Positions 30,313 to 53,000 of a stretch of DNA of 64,000 nucleotides are shown piece by piece. The translations under genes and the position numbers were made by a program. Each line of letters begins with the position of its first letter. Positions within the stretch are counted from its first letter, which is position 1. The stretch comes from Bugula neritina (lineage: Eukaryota; Animalia; Bryozoa), in contig OZ037769.1 of NCBI GenBank assembly GCA_964035545.1, positions 12,802,633 through 12,866,632 of the forward strand. The letters are read 5' to 3'. Below the pieces are notes generated by a model, which had not been told where the DNA came from, did no database searches, and saw only the letters and a program-made list of their open reading frames with translations.

Positions 30313-32219
30313 AATGTATATTTAGTCTCCTACTTAAATATTTTCAGCTTTTTACAATTTTAATAAATATGCTGTTTTATTAACATATTTATTAGAAATA
30401 AAATTGATATGTTTAAGGTTTTTAGAATTGTAAAAAGTTGCACTCTTTTAATTTTTATTTCAATAAAGCTCAAACAGAAATAATGCAGTGTGTGAATTAA
30501 AAATACGTCATTTGTGCATTGTACATTAAACAATAAACATGTACAATATCCAGTATTACAGTAACAGTATTACTATTAATAAATAGTGAACTCTTTGAAA
30601 GGAGAAAAACTATAACAGAATTGCAGAATAATGTTAACATAGTACAGCAGCTAAAGGTTGCTTTTGATGAAATGTAGAATCATTGCAATAAGCAATTGCT
30701 ATGAGAGCTGTATATTATTTAAAATAAAAACACCACATTCTTCCATATTGTAGAACTTTTTTTAAAAAGTTCTTTTTACGAATAATATCTTATAATTACT
30801 TCAGCTATAATAAATTACAAAGTAAATAGCCCCAGCTGCACTTATAATTGCATACAATTATATATTGTAAGCAATATATTATAGATTTTTAATCTTCCTA
30901 ACAAATTTATTGTTTTTAATAATGACTAGGCGCAATATTTTTCTAGGTATGTGTATAGTTAGATGTTATAATTTTCAGTACATATTCATTACTTTTGTGT
31001 GACAGTGTGTTTCATGTAATGCAAGTGAAGAGTTGTCCTTTCATTATTCTTCAATACCAGTTGAATGCAAGATTTACTTTCTGTTATATATACATTACTG
31101 TTGTTTAAGTCATAGCTGTTGTATGCACAAACATTTATATTACGTGCCTTATAGTGCATATCTAACCATATAGAAAGTTATTGGGTTTATTCCATTATAA
31201 TATAAAAAGAGTTTTCATAAAGGTGAGTGATAGTGTAAATATTATATTTTTGCTGCAACTCCGAAAATTATAAAACAATATTTTGCCAAAATTCAATTTT
31301 TTATTCTTATTGCTTTCTTGATACAATTAATCCAATATCCTAAAAGAATGATTTTCTAAAAGTTAAAAGTTTTGTAATTTGTAAGATTAAATTGTTTACA
31401 ATTACTTACAAAAGTTGACATATGCCATCTATAGCTGTAAAACGTTCTGCAATATGTTATAGATAATGTTTACTTGAGAACAATGTTCATAGTTCATGCA
31501 TCAAATTAAAATTATAATAAATTTATTTACAATTTCTATAATTTTTTGCAATATTCGTATAGCTCAATACTAATTGTAGTGCAACAACTAAAATATTGCA
31601 CTAAAATATTATATTGCTATATTGTTTTGTTAAAAGTGTCATATTATTATTATAGAAACTGAATATACTTTATATGAAAGATTCTCCTTATATTCTAAGA
31701 GGAATCTTTCTATTGGGGTAAAACGTTAACATACACAAGAGGAAGCAATTTCAATAGTTAAATTTTTAAAGTAGTAATAAGCTGTGTGTTGGAGTTATCC
31801 TTCCTTTATGCTGCTAATTTGATATCCATGTCCTTCAATCGATCTGCAATTACTAAAAACCTTGGCCGCCTCTATATATCTGCATTTGTGCAAATTACTC
31901 AAAAGTAGCCATGCTAATTGTTTATACCAAGTATAACCTTTATATAGTATAAATGTACTATAAATCCGTTAGCAAGGAACTGATACAAAACTATTTTTTC
32001 AGGATGTTTCAAATTGATGTGCTATAAATTCCCATAGTAATTCTTAATTTGCATTTAATTGTATTTTTAAACACAATCAAAAAAAGAGTAAGATATAATC
32101 TATTGAAGTTATCAAACGTTGTGCAATATATTTACCATAATATTATAATACTGATGTATTGTAAACAGTTCAATATTAGCGTTATATGGTAATAGACATA
32201 TGGCTGTTTATTTACCAGA

Positions 32220-33652
<1,433 letters not shown>

Positions 33653-34999
33653 GGAGTTGTGTCTCCTTCAGCAATTGAATATTTATATCATCTTTTTAGC
33701 TGACATTCTATAATCTGTTATAAATAGTAAACAATTTTATCTTTACAATAAAAGGCATGCTACCGGTTATATGATTAAGCTAATTAAGTTAGAAGCAACA
33801 GATATATTATAGTAATATAATGATGGAGTCCATTCTCTCCATATCTTACAATGCCATTTCTCATAAAATTTCATAGGTTGCCAGAAAGGCTTGGACCCGC
33901 CTATTTTTCATAAGCGCTTTATGTATGTGTGTATAAAGACAAAATAGTTAAATAAGTAAATATTTTAGTACTTCATAACTATATGACACGTATTGAGGTT
34001 TTGGGACCCGTCTGCTTATTAGTGAAACATGGAGGGAGCACTGTAGTAAAATTAAATTATGGCAGTTTCTTTTAGTTGTTAGCATGGCAGAGACATAAAC
34101 AACGGCCCATACAGACTTTAACTCAAAAGGTAGTTGTATGATAATTGCCCTCAACGGGATTCGAACCACAGACCTATAGCTTGCGAGCAGATGCACCAAC
34201 CAATTACACCACAGGGGCTATACTGAGTAATTACAGCACTACAGTATAGTGTGGACAGAAAAGCTATGATGTAACACGCATAAGATTGATGAACGCATCT
34301 TGCAAACAAAATGATGACAGCTCATGTTGAGCTGCAGCCTGAACAGGGGAGGGGGCATTACTCCCTGTGTTGTCTCATTAGCCAATCACATTGTGACTTA
34401 TTTTGCTCTAAATAAGGCGTTTAATGGAAGGGACACATATGCAGACACCCCATGTTCAAATCATGCTAAAATTAAGGCACCCCAATACCTTGAAAATCTC
34501 AGCCTCAATTGGTTAGCAACTGTTTTTCAACACAAAGGTAGAGACATGACAGAAAAGGTGCAAAAATAAATTGCAATAAATTAACAGCACAAACAACCTA
34601 AACATTTGTAGCTTAATTAGGAGCTCCATGTTTTTAAGGAGAAGGAATGCTAAAAATTGTTCAATATATATTGTTATTATTTACACATGTGTATTGTGTA
34701 AGCAAAATTGTGTAAATTATAATACATTATATTACATAATATATTCAACAATTGTTGAACAAGTGAAGGCACCCTAGCTATCAAGGTTTTGGATCAGGCA
34801 TGAAAACTTAGAGAGATGATTAAAGGGCACAGAGGCTTATGTGTGTTAAGTGTATTATTATAGTTTCTAAAATACAAGTGACAATATAACCAGATAAAAT
34901 CTAACAAATGCGTCATTTCCACAGCAAATAATCATAATAATATTATTTGTATAAATAGCATTGTATAGTAACACACATAAAACATTTGAACTGCTCAAA

Positions 35000-36158
35000 A
35001 TGCGAAACTTAGCTGCTTTATTTTTCATCTGCTGCATGATAAAATGTAAATGTGAAAGAGAATCTACTTTCTTATATAGTCTTTCTAGTGATGGTAAGAA
35101 AACACTGTATATATTTTATATCTGAATTATATAGTGATATAGTTAGATACATGATTTAGTTTTCAGTAGCTGCAGGACACCTCAACTCTACTGATAAAGC
35201 TTGTGATGGGACTATACGTGGCCCTTCCTTGCCTTCTAGTTCAAGTTATATCTCAATAAACTGCATGCTAAATTGCATTAGGGATTTTTTAAGAAATAAG
35301 AACATCTATATATGCATGTACATATCTGGTAGAATTATTACGGCTAAAAATTTTATTTCACTTAAATTAGAAACTCTGATTACCATGTATTGAATATTTT
35401 GTATTATATAACTCTGCAAAGTTAACAAGCCCGGCTTTTGTTACATAACTTTTGTTTATTTTAAAAAAATGGTCACAATTGCTGATATGCTTAAATCTTT
35501 ATTTTAAACAGATGAATCTCTAGAAAAAATTGAGTTTGAACATTTCGAAAGAAGGATAAAATTACTCCAAAGAATGTTGGCATCTAACTGCTCTGACCCG
35601 CAACTTCAGAATATGAGGAGGGAGATAATTCCTGGTCACAGTGAGAGTCAGCTGTTAGTTGAGAAGATTCTATATGAGAAGCTGATCAGGAGATTGACTG
35701 AGTGTAGAGACAGATTGAACCCAACAACTACTACTGCTACCACATCGACTACCACCAGCAAACCTGTACCCTTTGAGTGTCAAACAGCAATAAACTTGAC
35801 AGAGAAATGGAGAACTGACATTAGAACTACATTAGACTGTGATACACATAGAATATTCGCAGATGGTGCTCCCTGGTTCAGGTTTGCTGGAGATGTAGGC
35901 AACAGGTTTTTGGACACCTGTCCTTTACCTATGAGTTGTGGATCTAAAATTGGGATATGGAGTGACAGTCCATTGCCAACGGGAGTTGGTGATGTAGCTG
36001 ACATTAAAGTTTATGGCTCAAGGGGATCGGAGTGCAAAAAGTACAGCGTCAGAATAACGGCTCTAAGATGTTCATCACTGGCAAACGATGTGATATACAA
36101 CTCAGCACCAACACATATACCCTGTGACAATTCATTCTGTGGCATGTCTGATTTATGA
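35000..36158 (+). CDS. Secreted D8C(D10C)-domain protein B: join(35000..35093,35512..36158)
   Basis: MRNLAALFFICCMIKCKC...SSD-G|gtaag ... aacag|AT; same phase and architecture as A. Confidence 0.83.
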
Positions 36159-37583
36159 ATTATATTTGTTCTTCAGAAATGGAAATTTTTATATATTATC
36201 TCTCATTTTACCTGTTATAAATTATTACTTATAACAAGCATTTCTCTTTATAATAAAAAGCATGCTATACCAGTTTTATGGTTAAGCTATTTGATAAAAG
36301 CAGATATATTATTATAGTAGTATAATAATGAAGTAGTACTCTCTCTCCTCATGTCTTATATAATGCTGCATTTCTCACATAATTCCATTGTAGGGCAAGG
36401 AAAGGCTGGGACCCGCTCATTTTGCATGTGCTTCATGTATGTGTGTATAAAGACAAAATAGTTAAATCTATTTGAGTTAAATCCAAAGTATTCTACGAAT
36501 TTAGGTTTTGAGACCGCAGCTTAGTGAGACATGGAGGGAGCACTGTATTAAAATTAGATAATGGCAGCTTCTTTTAGTTATTAGAATTTCAAAGACATAA
36601 ACAACGGCCATACAGACTCTAACTCAAAAGGTAGTTGTATGATAATTATATGCCTTCAACGAACAGGATTCAAACCACAGACCTATATAATGGCTTGCAA
36701 GCACGTGCACCAACCACCACAAGGCTATACTGAGTACAACCCTAGCACTACAGTATAGTGTGGACAGCAAAGCTACATGATGCAAAACTTAAGATTGATG
36801 AACGCATCTCTCAAACAAGATAATGACAGCTCATTTTGAGCTGCAGCCTGGACAGGGGAGGGGTCACTACTCCCTGTGTTGTCTCACCAGCCAACCACAT
36901 TGTCGCTTATGCTTTAAATCAAGGTTTTAATGGAAAGGATGCGTGCAGACACCCCATGCTCAAATCATGCTATAAAACTAAGGCACCATAATACCTGGGA
37001 AATCTCAGTCTTAATTACTATGAGTCTTAGTTATAGCAACAGTTTTTCAAGAAAAAAGGTGCAAGAATAAATTGCAATTGATTAACAGCGCTAACAACTT
37101 GAACATCTATTTATAGCTTAATTAGGAATTTAAGTTTGTCAAAGAGAAAGAATATCAACAATTGTTCAACATGTGTGTTGTACACAATACACATCTGCAA
37201 ATAATAACAATACATGTTGAACAATTGTTAATATTTTTGTAAGCAAAATAGTATAAGTAATGCATGTTATATTAACATAATATATTCAACAGTTGTTGAA
37301 CATTTGAAAGCGCCCTATCAAGCTTTTGAATCTGCTATTAGAACTTAGAGAGATGAAAAGAAGAGACATACAGAGATCTGTGTGTGTTGAGTATTATGTA
37401 TATTGTTTGTGAAATACAATTGACAATGGAATCAGATAAAATCTCACAAATTTGTCATTTCCGCAGCAAAGCAGCTATCAGTGTAATCATCATAATAGTA
37501 TTATAATATGTATATATAATATGAGACAGGCATTATAATATGGTAGCAGACATAAAGCATTCGTTGAACTATATATACTCAAA

Positions 37584-38752
37584 ATGCGAAACTTAGCTGC
37601 TTTACTTCTTATCTGCTGCATGATAAAATATAAATGTGAAGGAGAATCTACTTTTTATAGTTTTCCCAGCAATGGTAAGAAAACACTGTATATATTTTAT
37701 ATCTGAATTATATAGTGATATAGTTAGATACATGATTTAGCTTTCAGTAGCTGCAGGACATTTTAACTCTACTGATAAAGCTTGTGATGAGACTATACCT
37801 GGCCGTTTCTTGCGTTCTATAAGTTCAAGTTGTATCTCAATAAACTGCATGCTTAACTGAAAATTATATATTTCATTATATAGAAATAAAATTTATGTAT
37901 ATACATCTGCATGGTAGAATCATTAAGGTAAAATATTCAACTGCATTTAGATTGAATATTGAATATTTTGTATCATGTCTAACTCTGTAAAACTAACAAG
38001 TAGTCAGGTTTTTGCTATATATAGGCAACTATATATATTGTCTATTTCGAAAACTATAATATTATAGTCACAAGCTTAAAATGTGAAAATCTCTATTTCA
38101 AACAGATGAATCTTCAGAAAAACTTGAGTTTGAACATTTTGAAAGAAGGGTAAAAGTTCTACAAAGAATTTTAGCAGCCAACTGCTCTGACCCTCAACTT
38201 CATAAGATGAAGAGGGAGAAAATTCCTGGCCACAGTGAGAGTCAGCTGTTAGTTGAGAAGATTCTATATGAGAAACTGATCAGAAGATTGACTGAGTGTA
38301 GAGACAGATTGAACCCAACAACTACTACTACCACATCGACTACCACTAGCAAACCTGTACCTTTTGAGTGTCAAACGGCAATAAACTTGACAGAGAAATG
38401 GAGAAATGACACTAAAACTACATTAGACTGTGATACACAAAGAATATTCGTAGATGGTTCATCCCCATGGTTCAGGTTTGCTGGAGATGTAGGCAACAGG
38501 TTTTTGGACACCTGTCCTTTACCTATGAGTTGTGGATCTAAAATTGGGATATGGAGTGACAGTCCATTGCCAACGGGAGTTGGTGATGTAGCTGACATTA
38601 AAGTTTATGTCTCTAGGGGGCTGGAGTGCAAACAGTACAGTGTCAGGATAACGGCTCTAAGATGTTCTACACTGGCAAATGATGTGATATACAACTCAAC
38701 GGAACTTACATACGTACCCTGTGACCATTCATTCTGTGGTATGCATGGCTGA
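37584..38752 (+). CDS. Secreted D8C(D10C)-domain protein C: join(37584..37674,38106..38752)
   Basis: MRNLAALLLICCMIKYKC...; recent tandem duplicate of B, with upstream region and intron also alignable (~2.6-kb unit). Confidence 0.83.
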
Positions 38753-40454
38753 TTTATGAATTCCTCAGAGATGGGAATATTTATAACAGTTCTTTAGCTA
38801 AGTTTTTTTCTGTTATGATAATAAAAAGCAAAATGTTCTATACATGATCAAGCTATTTAATAGAGAAGCAGATATAAGGATAATGAGGTACTAAAGTTAG
38901 GTTAAGGCAGTGTTATCAGCCTCTTTTATAGTTATTATAACAACGAAATGCAGAGGCATACTTAAAATATAGACTATATAATGATCCTTCCACACTATAA
39001 CAACGCAAGATGAGCTGTCACCATATATGCACTTGTTTTAAGTAATGTTTTTATTGATTGTTATGTGGACCGCAAAAATTATGATATCTCACGCATTTTA
39101 TACACTAAAATACCATAAGTTGGCAAATATTATATTATATATTATATATATTATATACTATAACCATGCTCATATTATAGTGTTGACTGAACAACTAAGG
39201 GGCTTCGGAGCTACAACTAAATATTATTCAGCTTACACTAATCTGATGAATTTTCAATTTTATCAAAATAAGTGCAGGTCTACAACTATTAGAGGTGTGG
39301 TGCAGACTATACAGGCAATAAAAGGCTTTGTGAACAACTTGAGTGCACCAGCTGCACTAATATTTTTCTCTGTGTATAGTTTATTACACCAACAGTTTGA
39401 TTAGGTTAAAAGTATCTTATATGAACGACAATGGTGGAAGCTGCAAATATATAAGACACTATTAAATTTTTGGCGAATAAAGTAATAGAAATAAACGTAT
39501 ATAGAAAATTCAAACTATATCTTTCGCAGGTTGTAATCCAATTGTTAAAAAAAACCCATTTATCATGGGGGCTTAATACTATAGCTTTTTCTAGCTATAA
39601 TACATGCAGCTCCTTATATATAACTTGCGGCTATTAGGCATAAAATAGCTCAGGCTTCTAATACTATAACTATTATGTAATAAACCTGGAAAATTTGAAT
39701 ATATTAACAAATCCCTGACACGCTTTACTTACATAGTAATAAAATATGCTTATATATATTAGCTTTCATCTACATACTGTTTTAAGGTTGTATGTTTAAG
39801 CAATTTTGTTTTATAATGAATTTAAAGCTAAATTGATTTAGGATTTCTGATCACTTGCAGATGATGTTCCTGCAGTAGGCTTTGGCCTTGCAAAACATAA
39901 AGAAAGTTGCATGGCTATATTGTATTTGTAGGCACTAAAATTGCGTTGTTATTATTATATGCGGCACATTTTTCTGATTTTGTAACAGCCAATAGTAAAT
40001 TTTGTAAGCATGATTAATTTTGAATAAGGCTGTTGATATATGAATAAATTTGGTAAGCAGTTATTCATATACATTTGAAAAAAGAGACTGTATGCAATGT
40101 TGAACAATAATGAACAAATTCAGTAGCTCTTTCTAAGCAGCATTTATAACTTACACTACACAGTTATAAGAGCTATAATGTATAGAGAATTCCCCTATCA
40201 AAACCATTTACTGTTGAATATATATAACAAAGGAACTATAATATTATTAAGTAGAGACGGTAAAGCAAGGTTATACGCACTGATCATTCAAGAGCTGCCA
40301 TTAGCAGATGTATGTCAGCAGTAACTGCACAAGGCAATGTAAGTTAAATTTACAAACATCTGATTAAAAGGAATTATCCATTATGTAATATAAATCATTA
40401 TTATATTATATAATGGATAATTCATTTTAATGGATAATTCATAATAATGATTTA

Positions 40455-40656
40455 GGGAGCAGCCGTGGTCTAGGGGTTAGAGCATTTGCCTAGTAAACGG
40501 GAGGTCATGGGTTCGAGCCCAGACAAAGGCCATTGGTGATGTTAGGAAGAGCATCCAGTCATAATTGCTCCTGTGCCTCATTTAAATAAGTCCTTAGCCC
40601 ACTTTAACGAAAACCGTTTCTACAAGGGGTTTCTCACAGGGATAGCGACTACAAAA
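40455..40656 (+). mobile_element. tRNA-derived SINE, family 1
   Basis: A-box GTGGTCTAGGGG, B-box GGTTCGAGCC, body GGTGATGTTAGGAAGAGCATCCAGTC; homologous copies at 55199 and 61825. Confidence 0.85.
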
Positions 40657-40707
40657 TTGCGTGAGTTTTTATAATATAATGATTTGTGATAGGATTGTAC
40701 ATGTATG

Positions 40708-40840
<133 letters not shown>

Positions 40841-41458
40841 CATTTGGTTTTATATGTTATAAAGGAGTTTTCCCTTTCTCTAGCTAGCAAATTTTGCCAC
40901 CATTTGGTTTTAATTAGAATGAGTTTATTATAAAATGCTCTATATATATATTATATGCTGACATTTGTAATAGTATATAAGTAAAACCAAAATTACTAAT
41001 AATTTCATGTTTTTTATATATTTGAATGTCATGTGTATGTAAATTCTTACAAAAATATCAGATCACTTTTTAATCACGGAAGCAGTTTAGGTATTTCTAA
41101 ATGATTATTAAATATTAGAGAAAGCTTTATACAAAAATAGTGCTTATATAATATTCGGTCTTTATATTCATATAAGCTTGATGCATAGGAGTCTGTTGAC
41201 TATAATAGCAACGGCTCTTTTTGGTGTGTAAGTACTAAGCGCGGCATGATATTCTAGTAGAAAGGCGTAGTTTTCAGCTATTATTATTCATATATCAACA
41301 ACTCCACGGGCATGCAGAACAAAAGTAACACACAAAGTAAGTATTATATAGTTGATTGCATTGATTCTTATTAATCTCTATAACTTTATTGAAAACTGAC
41401 GAAGGCTAAAAGGATAAATGCAGCTATATTGACCAGTTTGCTCCATGCAACAATATTA

Positions 41459-41800
41459 GCCTAGGGCCACACGGTGCGTATTTTTGCATTCGAAAATTGA
41501 AACCACAAGTAGCAAAGGTGTCCACTGTGCTCGTTGAGAAAACATCCGCACTTGTTGCTCAGCATTCTCAATGCAAGTGCAAATCGTCTCTGTCTTCGTC
41601 ACCTTCGGCGGGTAGTTATTCAGCGAGCCCAATTTCTTTATTTTAGTGCTACATTCCAGTAAATTGCGTTTTATTGAAAGCGAGTGCGATTTAAAAAAGA
41701 CAGCTTTATTTATCACGCATCACTGACGTCACAGTGGACACCTTTGCTACTTGTGATTTCAATTTTCGTATGCGAAAATACGCACCGTGTGGCCCTAGGC
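41459..41800. mobile_element. PIF/Harbinger (Tourist-like) MITE, 342 bp
   Basis: ~70-bp near-perfect TIRs GCCTAGGGCCACACGGTGCGTATTTT...; TTA on both flanks (41456-58, 41801-03). Confidence 0.85.
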
Positions 41801-42817
41801 TTACTCCGTTACTAAAAGAAACAACACAAATGAGCAGCATTATTTTTACAAGTTAGCATGTTTTTCAACTATGTTGTGTTATAATCAATCCTGACGGCAC
41901 ACTTTTCATGGTTTTAAAAAGCTGCTTATAGTCTCAAAAGTTGGAGTTTTCACGTCAAACCAAGCTTATAGTTACAGGTAATAAAAGACTATCTTCATTG
42001 TAGCTTGAGAAATACGTACTTCATGACATCAAGTTATGAAGGTTTAATTCCATTATTGACTGCTATCATTGAAATATAATGTGGTTTATAGTATTTAGCA
42101 GATAAGCTACAAGCTAACCTGAGGTGATTGGCTAACTGCTTTACAAGCATTCGGATCTCCTACCAGCTTGTACGACTTGGAGATTGGCTATTGTGAGAGT
42201 GAAAGCACGAGGGACTCTTACACAGACTGTTGAGTGAGTAGGACCTGATATTATACAATCATAATTACATTATTATAAGCAAAGATAAACAAAAAACAAT
42301 AAATTATGTAATTATTGGTGAAACTTCACATTTACAACTATATATAAGACATCTTTTGTCTCCTTACCAGTGTAGCTATATAAAGTAAAGTATCTCCATA
42401 GTAGAAGTACCATGCATGTGATGTAAACTTTTTGAAAATTCAAATACAATTCTGTTTTAACTTTAATTTTAAACTTAGTGCCTTTTGCACTCATGCAGAA
42501 TGAATGTTGACATCAACATTAACTCCTTTATTTTTCTTTATAATGATGAAATATGATACAGTTGTGTTAAACGTCTAATTCTGAAGCTTTAGCCATTGGT
42601 TATTAAAGATGGTGGTTTATTGTAATATAGTAATATAATCTTTGAACTTTTTGACAAATGACTATTAAATAGGTAGTATAGTGCAACTCAAAAACATATT
42701 TTTGCACTCATAAAAATTAAACATGAGCAAAGTTGTTATCAATTGTTATCAAATTATTATATTATTAACAATTGTTTCAGGAATTCAGATTTTGAAAAGC
42801 CAAATTGTGAAGAAAAA

Positions 42818-48671
<5,854 letters not shown>

Positions 48672-50055
48672 CCACAGCTAGACCATTACAGAGCATTTGA
48701 TATTTGGTGTTTCTTGCTCCTGATCAACCTGCTACCTAGTTGATATAACTATAGCTTGATAGGTTTTAAATGTAGACTTTTAAAAAATAGTAATGTGCAT
48801 GTTGCTTTTATTTCATAAGAAACCTTTAAAGCTCATAAAATAAGGTTTACTTAAAGTTATAAACTTTGATTAACGTACTTGCAATTTTTATTTTTCATCC
48901 ATATGTTATCATATAATACACCATGATAAGTTGTTGCTGTGATTCATAATAACATATTATAGTGTTTATATATCACAAATGTTTTGTATTTATTGTTTTT
49001 TGCACTGAAAGACCTAGGGTGTTTTAAGTTTTTCTTTTCATAAAATAAAACTGAAAATTCAACAAACATTTATGCCTTGTTATTAAACACGAATTAACTC
49101 TAGAGTGGCCAGAGATCATATGCCTATTATAACATAGATATGCCAAAACTATAGCTAAGTTAATGCATGATAGGTATTCTAGTTATAACAAATGAGCTTT
49201 ACCTCAGTAATTAAGATCATAATGTAATCAACAATTAAGAATCATACCCTCTGCATATGAATGTATCATAAAAGCTGAATCATCATTTAGTTTTTATCAT
49301 TTTGGTGTAGAATTTATGTCTATGTAATGCTTATTTGGGCAACACTAAAAAATTAATAAAATTGATTGCCTAGCTTAAATCATGCTTATATTTAGTTTCA
49401 GCTTGCGAAGTGTGATATAGCCTCCCATGAATGAAACTTTTTTATTGATATAAAATAATTTCATTTCAAAAAACAAGTTTCTAAAAGGAAAATGGAACAT
49501 TGAGAATAACTATCAAAACAACAAAAAACAACATGTAGAAGATTAACAAAACAGAGAAATCATATTGCATTTGATACAAAAGTTAGTAATATGTAGAGAG
49601 CATGTGAATAACGACATGTTAAGAACTACCTTGCAGGTAACATTTAAATAACATTATTTAACTGATACAGATCCGATGTTACAGTATAGTCTATTGACTA
49701 TTTACTACACCATTTGGTTATTTCCTTATTCAGTTTGAATATATAGAAATCGAATCTTTTATTAACTAAAGATTCATACAAGTGATCAGTGCTTTGGGTA
49801 GCAGCAAGCTTTCGTCTACTGATACACGAACATAGCTGACTAAGAAATACAAGATGACAGGTCTTCAATATGCTAAATGTTTATATTAGGTTTGACTGTG
49901 TGGTTCACAGAATAACCTGCTACTTGTGTGGTCCATAACTCAGACTGCAGTATATGAGGGTGGGTGGTGTCTCTCACCTATATACATACAGTGGGTGGTC
50001 TGCCAACAGCTTCACACTCTGAGCACGCTCCCTAATCACCAACTTGGCGGCAACT

Positions 50056-53000
50056 TCACTTCTTTTTACCGAGCGTTCGCTGCTTCTCGGCGTGCATCAC
50101 TATCTTCTCTTCTGTCCTCAGACCTTTCCTTTTTCTAACCTGATTAACGTAGTTCTTAGCTCGGTTCTGAGAGTCATACTTCTCTCCATAATGGGCCATT
50201 TCCTCTTCTGTACACGGCTCCCAGTATGGATCTAAGTCTATAGTCTGCAAAGCAGTCAAACAGACGGTTTTATATATCATGAAAATAAAATAAGTTCAGT
50301 AACTTGTATGCGACTTACACAAAATATTTTGCAATCGTACATTTGTGTACATCAATTGAACACTCATTAGCAGTTGAAAGATACATGGGCCATTTTAGTT
50401 AATTTTGTACACACTCAAAATCTCCAGGTTTTGGCTATTTTTCACAATCTGGCTGCTAATTTGCATGGGTTTTTGCTCAAAACTAACAAAATATTAATAA
50501 ATACAACTAAGTAACCAAGGTTCTTTTTAATTTTGCTTAGTTTACCATGTTTTTTTCTAATTATTCAGCTAATTTGGAGTTGCGGACTATTACCAAAAAC
50601 CTGTTACGGTTTGCAAATCCAAACTAACTAGTGGATTAGGAGAAACATAGGAAATTGAGAAAAATTAAGAAGAATTTTGACTATTTAGTTGTATTTATTA
50701 AAAATCTGTTAGTTTTGAACAAAAACCCATATAAATTGTGAAAAATAGCTAAAAACTGAAGATTTCGAGTGTATACTAAACTAAGTAAAATGACCCATAT
50801 TAGCTTAAGATTTCTGTTGAAATACCAACAGGATAAAATAGCCATCAAAAACCCACCTCCCAGTGACTGAATGCCAGCTGAGGACTAGCTAGTCCACTTG
50901 TTCTCTTTCTGATTTCATCACAAAACCCAAAACTTTCAGCTACAGGAAGCACAGCTGCGATGTTGAAGATTTGATTCCCCTCTTGCATATCTTCCGCTAT
51001 AACTCTACCGTTACGTTTTCCGATTACACCATACACTTTACCTGGTGGATGAACACATTATAATTATAGAGATTATTGGATTATTAGATAGTTGAAACAT
51101 ATCAACAATTAGGTTAACCTTCTAAACAAAATGCTTGCAACATGAATTAAGACAAGTTTAGACTGAAACTTGTAGTAAAATTATGAGTTTGCACCAGAAT
51201 GTATTGACAGAGAAGTTGAAACAATAGATACCTATTATGTAAAAATAAGCAGGAGTGAAATGAGGTAAAGAGGAAAACGAAAATCACAGGCTATGATTAC
51301 ACAGAATTAGAAACCAGGACAGTTGAGATGGCTAATGCTTTAGCTCTGTAAAAATTATATTACCACAGTGGGCTTAAAAGCCACCATCCCAGTTAAACAG
51401 AGGAGATGTACAACAGACGATACTCAGCTGCTGCTAGCAAATGTTTTAGGTCATAAAGTTGTTTGAACCAAACACCACCTCTCCGCATTTAACCCAGAAG
51501 TATACCTAGCACGTTGGCAGTAGCCTGGATGTCACAAGAGTACATGGCGCACATGATTCGCTGCGGCTGAGCCTGGAACGCTCTTCGACAGGCTTCCTTG
51601 ACTGACGAGATTATTTGACCCGAGTTCGTCGCACCGCCTGCAGCACTCCGCTTTGAACCGGACAAATTGGAGGCGGACCCAGATATCACAGAGGCGGAGT
51701 CACTTTCTACGTCACTTCCTGTTTCTTCTCCTTCCTTTAGTTCCGACACTAAACAAACAGAGTTTTAGATAGAAGGAAAAGTTGATCTGTATACTCTAAA
51801 CATTACAAGTTACGGTCTAGATAAGTTTCTGTTAATCACTTTGGTATAAAGGACACATTTTAACATACATACACCAGTTACAACCCACCTGTTGGATTAG
51901 CTATATGAGTCACTTCCCATTTTCTGACAACAAAAGCTACGCCTCTGATTGGTTCACCGCACATTGGCCCAGTAAGGGTAGCCAGTTGGAACCCATTGAC
52001 TATGGACCCATCAAACTCTCTGAGAGTCAGGCTGCTGGTATCTTGGTCCAACATGGCCCAAATACTGGGCCGGCTGTAGTCCATCACGCCGTTAATCAGC
52101 AGATTGGGGCCATATTTCCTTGGCCCAAAACACCAAATTCTGGAAGCTAAGCTCTTCCATTCATCTACGCCAGAATCGACCAACACTTGTTCAATCTGTT
52201 TACGTAGACTGTGTAACTTGTCTAGGGACTGCTGATTAAGGCTGGTTTGTCTGTCAAATTTAGTAGTTCTCCCTCCCATCAACTGAGATAGGTGGTGATC
52301 TAAGGCTTGCAGGAGGTTATCGTGAGAGTCTATAAGTGCTGTCACAGCAGCGGGTAAAGGAAGTGCCTCTATTGACAGCGTGACAGCGCCCTGTCTTATG
52401 GTGATCAGCTTCTCTCCTGTGAACAGCAGAAATGACAGTGAAATATAATGTACCATGTACAATACATTAATATTTATTGTTCCCTTAGAAGTTTTATAAT
52501 GATGAGAAAATAATTTCAATATCAGTATAAATCTGTTGAACCAAAACTTGCACTGAATTGATGTTACAGAAGGTTGCATAAATATACACACTAACTGTGA
52601 CTACCACATGCTATACACTATATACTATATACTACACACTATATAGTATATACTATACACTACACACACTAACACATATACACTATACATACAAATAGCT
52701 GACAAGTAAAAGAAGCAGTAGTTATAGGGTTAAAGGTGAAAGTCATTCACAAGTCAAAAGGTTACAAATACAACTCTAAGGCTAACATAAAGTAAGAATA
52801 CCACACCCACACTGTAATACTAGAGAACAATATGAATATACTATTTAGGAATTGAACATATTCTAAAATTAAATTTATGAGCAACTAACTTCACAATGTC
52901 TATATTGATTATATTCTATTATTGGTAATTTTTTTAAATTTAAACTAATAGGCTACATGTATAAAACTTCCTAAAACAATATCTGAGGATGATAAAGGCA

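Noticed and set aside
41312-42233. Extra 5' coding exons for TRIM 1 (donors near 41336 and 42233)
   Set aside because: A phase-consistent path can be drawn, but there is no similarity to the TRIM 2 N-terminus; these may be UTR exons.
51506-51748. Acidic Ser-rich EFL1 segment as a novelty
   Set aside because: EFL1 orthologues commonly carry a low-complexity insertion in this part of domain IV.
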